Assembly (NCBI GenBank): GCA_022508245.1
Contig: JAFLVO010000006.1
Span: 847-64,846, forward strand
Direction of reading: 5' to 3'
Length of the DNA stretch: 64,000 nt
Source: Clostridiales bacterium
Lineage (GTDB): Bacteria; Bacillota; Clostridia; Christensenellales; Borkfalkiaceae
Within the stretch, counting starts at the first letter, position 1. Each line of letters starts with the position of its first letter. A program made the translations under genes and the position numbers. Of this stretch, positions 63,307 through 64,000 are shown one piece after another. The notes beneath the pieces are model-generated. The model saw only the letters and a list, made by a program, of their open reading frames with translations. It searched no databases and had not been told where the DNA came from.

Positions 63307-63546
63307 ATGGCAAAAAAGAAAGGAAGTTTAGGCGGCGCACTTTGGTCATTGCCCTGGATTCTCAAAGTTCTGATTGCAATTTTCCTTGATGTTGTTTTCG
63401 GTATCGCTCGTTTTATCGACGGTATTCTCGAGGGCAATATCCTGAAGATTCTTATCGGTTTGCTTTGGATTTTCTACGGCTTGGGTATCGGTTGGATTAT
63501 TGATATTATCTTTACTCTTCTCAATAAGAGACCTCCGTTACTTTAA
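63307..63546 (+). CDS. small membrane protein (79 aa; TM2-domain-like?)
   Basis: ATG 63307, preceded by aaggag. Two hydrophobic helices. C-terminal GIGWIIDIIFTLL resembles the TM2 W..D motif. Confidence 0.6.
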   Translation: MAKKKGSLGGALWSLPWILKVLIAIFLDVVFGIARFIDGILEGNILKILIGLLWIFYGLGIGWIIDIIFTLLNKRPPLL

Positions 63547-63556
63547 TAGTAAAATT

Positions 63557-63591
63557 AAACGCCGTTCGCGCAAAGCGAACGGCGTTTTTTT
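63557..63591. terminator. bidirectional intrinsic terminator
   Basis: aaacgccgttcgc gcaaa gcgaacggcgttt, followed by tttt. Confidence 0.8.
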
Positions 63592-63602
63592 ATATTTTGT
63601 CA

Positions 63603-64000
63603 TTACCACTGACTGTTGAGGACGTCAGCGGTATCATAAATTTTTCCGTCCAGAGTTTTAAAATAAAATGAGCCGTCCTTATAGAGAATATAGGAGTGTG
63701 GGCTGTTTTCCTTGGGCAGTGATACGGAGCCGGGGTTCAAATGAATATAACCGCAGTCCTCTTTTAAGGGAACGTGGGTGTGCCCCGTGAGGTATATATC
63801 CCCCTTTGAAAGGGGAGGGACTTCTCTGTGACCGTGGGAGAGATAAATATTCAAGCCGTCCGCAAATACTGCCGCGTAGTCGGATAGAACGTTAAAAGGC
63901 AGAACAAGCTGGTCAACCTCGCTGTCGCAGTTGCCTCTGACGCACATAATCTTATCTTTTATCTCGCAAAGAAGTTTAGCAACCTCGGCAGGAGCGTAGC
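63603..64000 (-). CDS. YfcE/MJ0936-type metallophosphoesterase (5' end outside window)
   Basis: VRGNCDSEVD and GHTHVP motifs. The frame stays open upstream of the Met at 63947 to the window edge (..YAPAEVAKLLCEIKDKIMCVRGNCD). Confidence 0.75.
   Translation of the reverse strand, partial: YAPAEVAKLLCEIKDKIMCVRGNCDSEVDQLVLPFNVLSDYAAVFADGLNIYLSHGHREVPPLSKGDIYLTGHTHVPLKEDCGYIHLNPGSVSLPKENSPHSYILYKDGSFYFKTLDGKIYDTADVLNSQW

Noticed and set aside
1-64000. Searched for tRNA, rRNA, CRISPR arrays, integrase or transposase, reverse transcriptase, and restriction or defence gene signatures
   Set aside because: None were seen on either strand. The accessory content here is metabolic (pectin use) plus uncharacterised membrane proteins, not an obvious mobile or defence island.

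Overview
This window looks like a Firmicutes/Clostridia-type chromosome segment. The evidence is the gene order map-KOW-infA-rpmJ, an L27 with an N-terminal propeptide, and lipobox lipoproteins. It has four parts.

(1) 1-25.4 kb is a pectin/oligogalacturonide utilisation locus. It encodes eda-VOC, kdgK, kduI, uxaB/A/C, an intracellular CE8 pectinesterase, GH28 and GH105. It also holds a CUT1-type ABC importer with an 867-aa lipoprotein binding protein and two MsmK-like ATPases, plus six uncharacterised small membrane proteins interleaved with the transporter genes.

(2) 25.4-30.3 kb is a mixed stretch: an XRE regulator with a small membrane protein, a DAG-kinase-like lipid kinase, an AraC regulator, a GNAT, rplU-rpmA and a SecB-like protein.

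(3) 30.4-57.9 kb holds rpmG-secE-nusG-rplKAJL and a complete S10-spc-alpha ribosomal cluster through rpoA-rplQ. The two are separated by a 7-kb insert (a cyclophilin lipoprotein, a DUF2188 protein, two tandem COG0523 GTPases and an inverted EF-G2-like gene) where rpoBC and the str operon normally sit.

(4) 58-64 kb encodes an SPFH/zinc-ribbon protein, a YidD-like protein, a 1007-aa zinc-ribbon/beta-propeller/TM protein, a small membrane protein and a partial phosphoesterase.

I found no tRNA, rRNA, CRISPR array, transposase or integrase.

The most unusual signals are non-coding:
- Two families of structured intergenic repeats, which I name Rep-A and Rep-B here, with compensatory stem changes between copies. 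Rep-B has 7 copies, all co-oriented with transcription. Four of them sit between ribosomal protein genes that are normally tightly packed.
- A roughly 300-nt hairpin-rich leader with three tandem GACTAAC-hairpin units upstream of rpsJ.

The most unusual coding signal is the ABC operon with three same-topology 4-TM proteins flanking the ATPase gene.

All family assignments come from reading motifs by eye. No database search was run.
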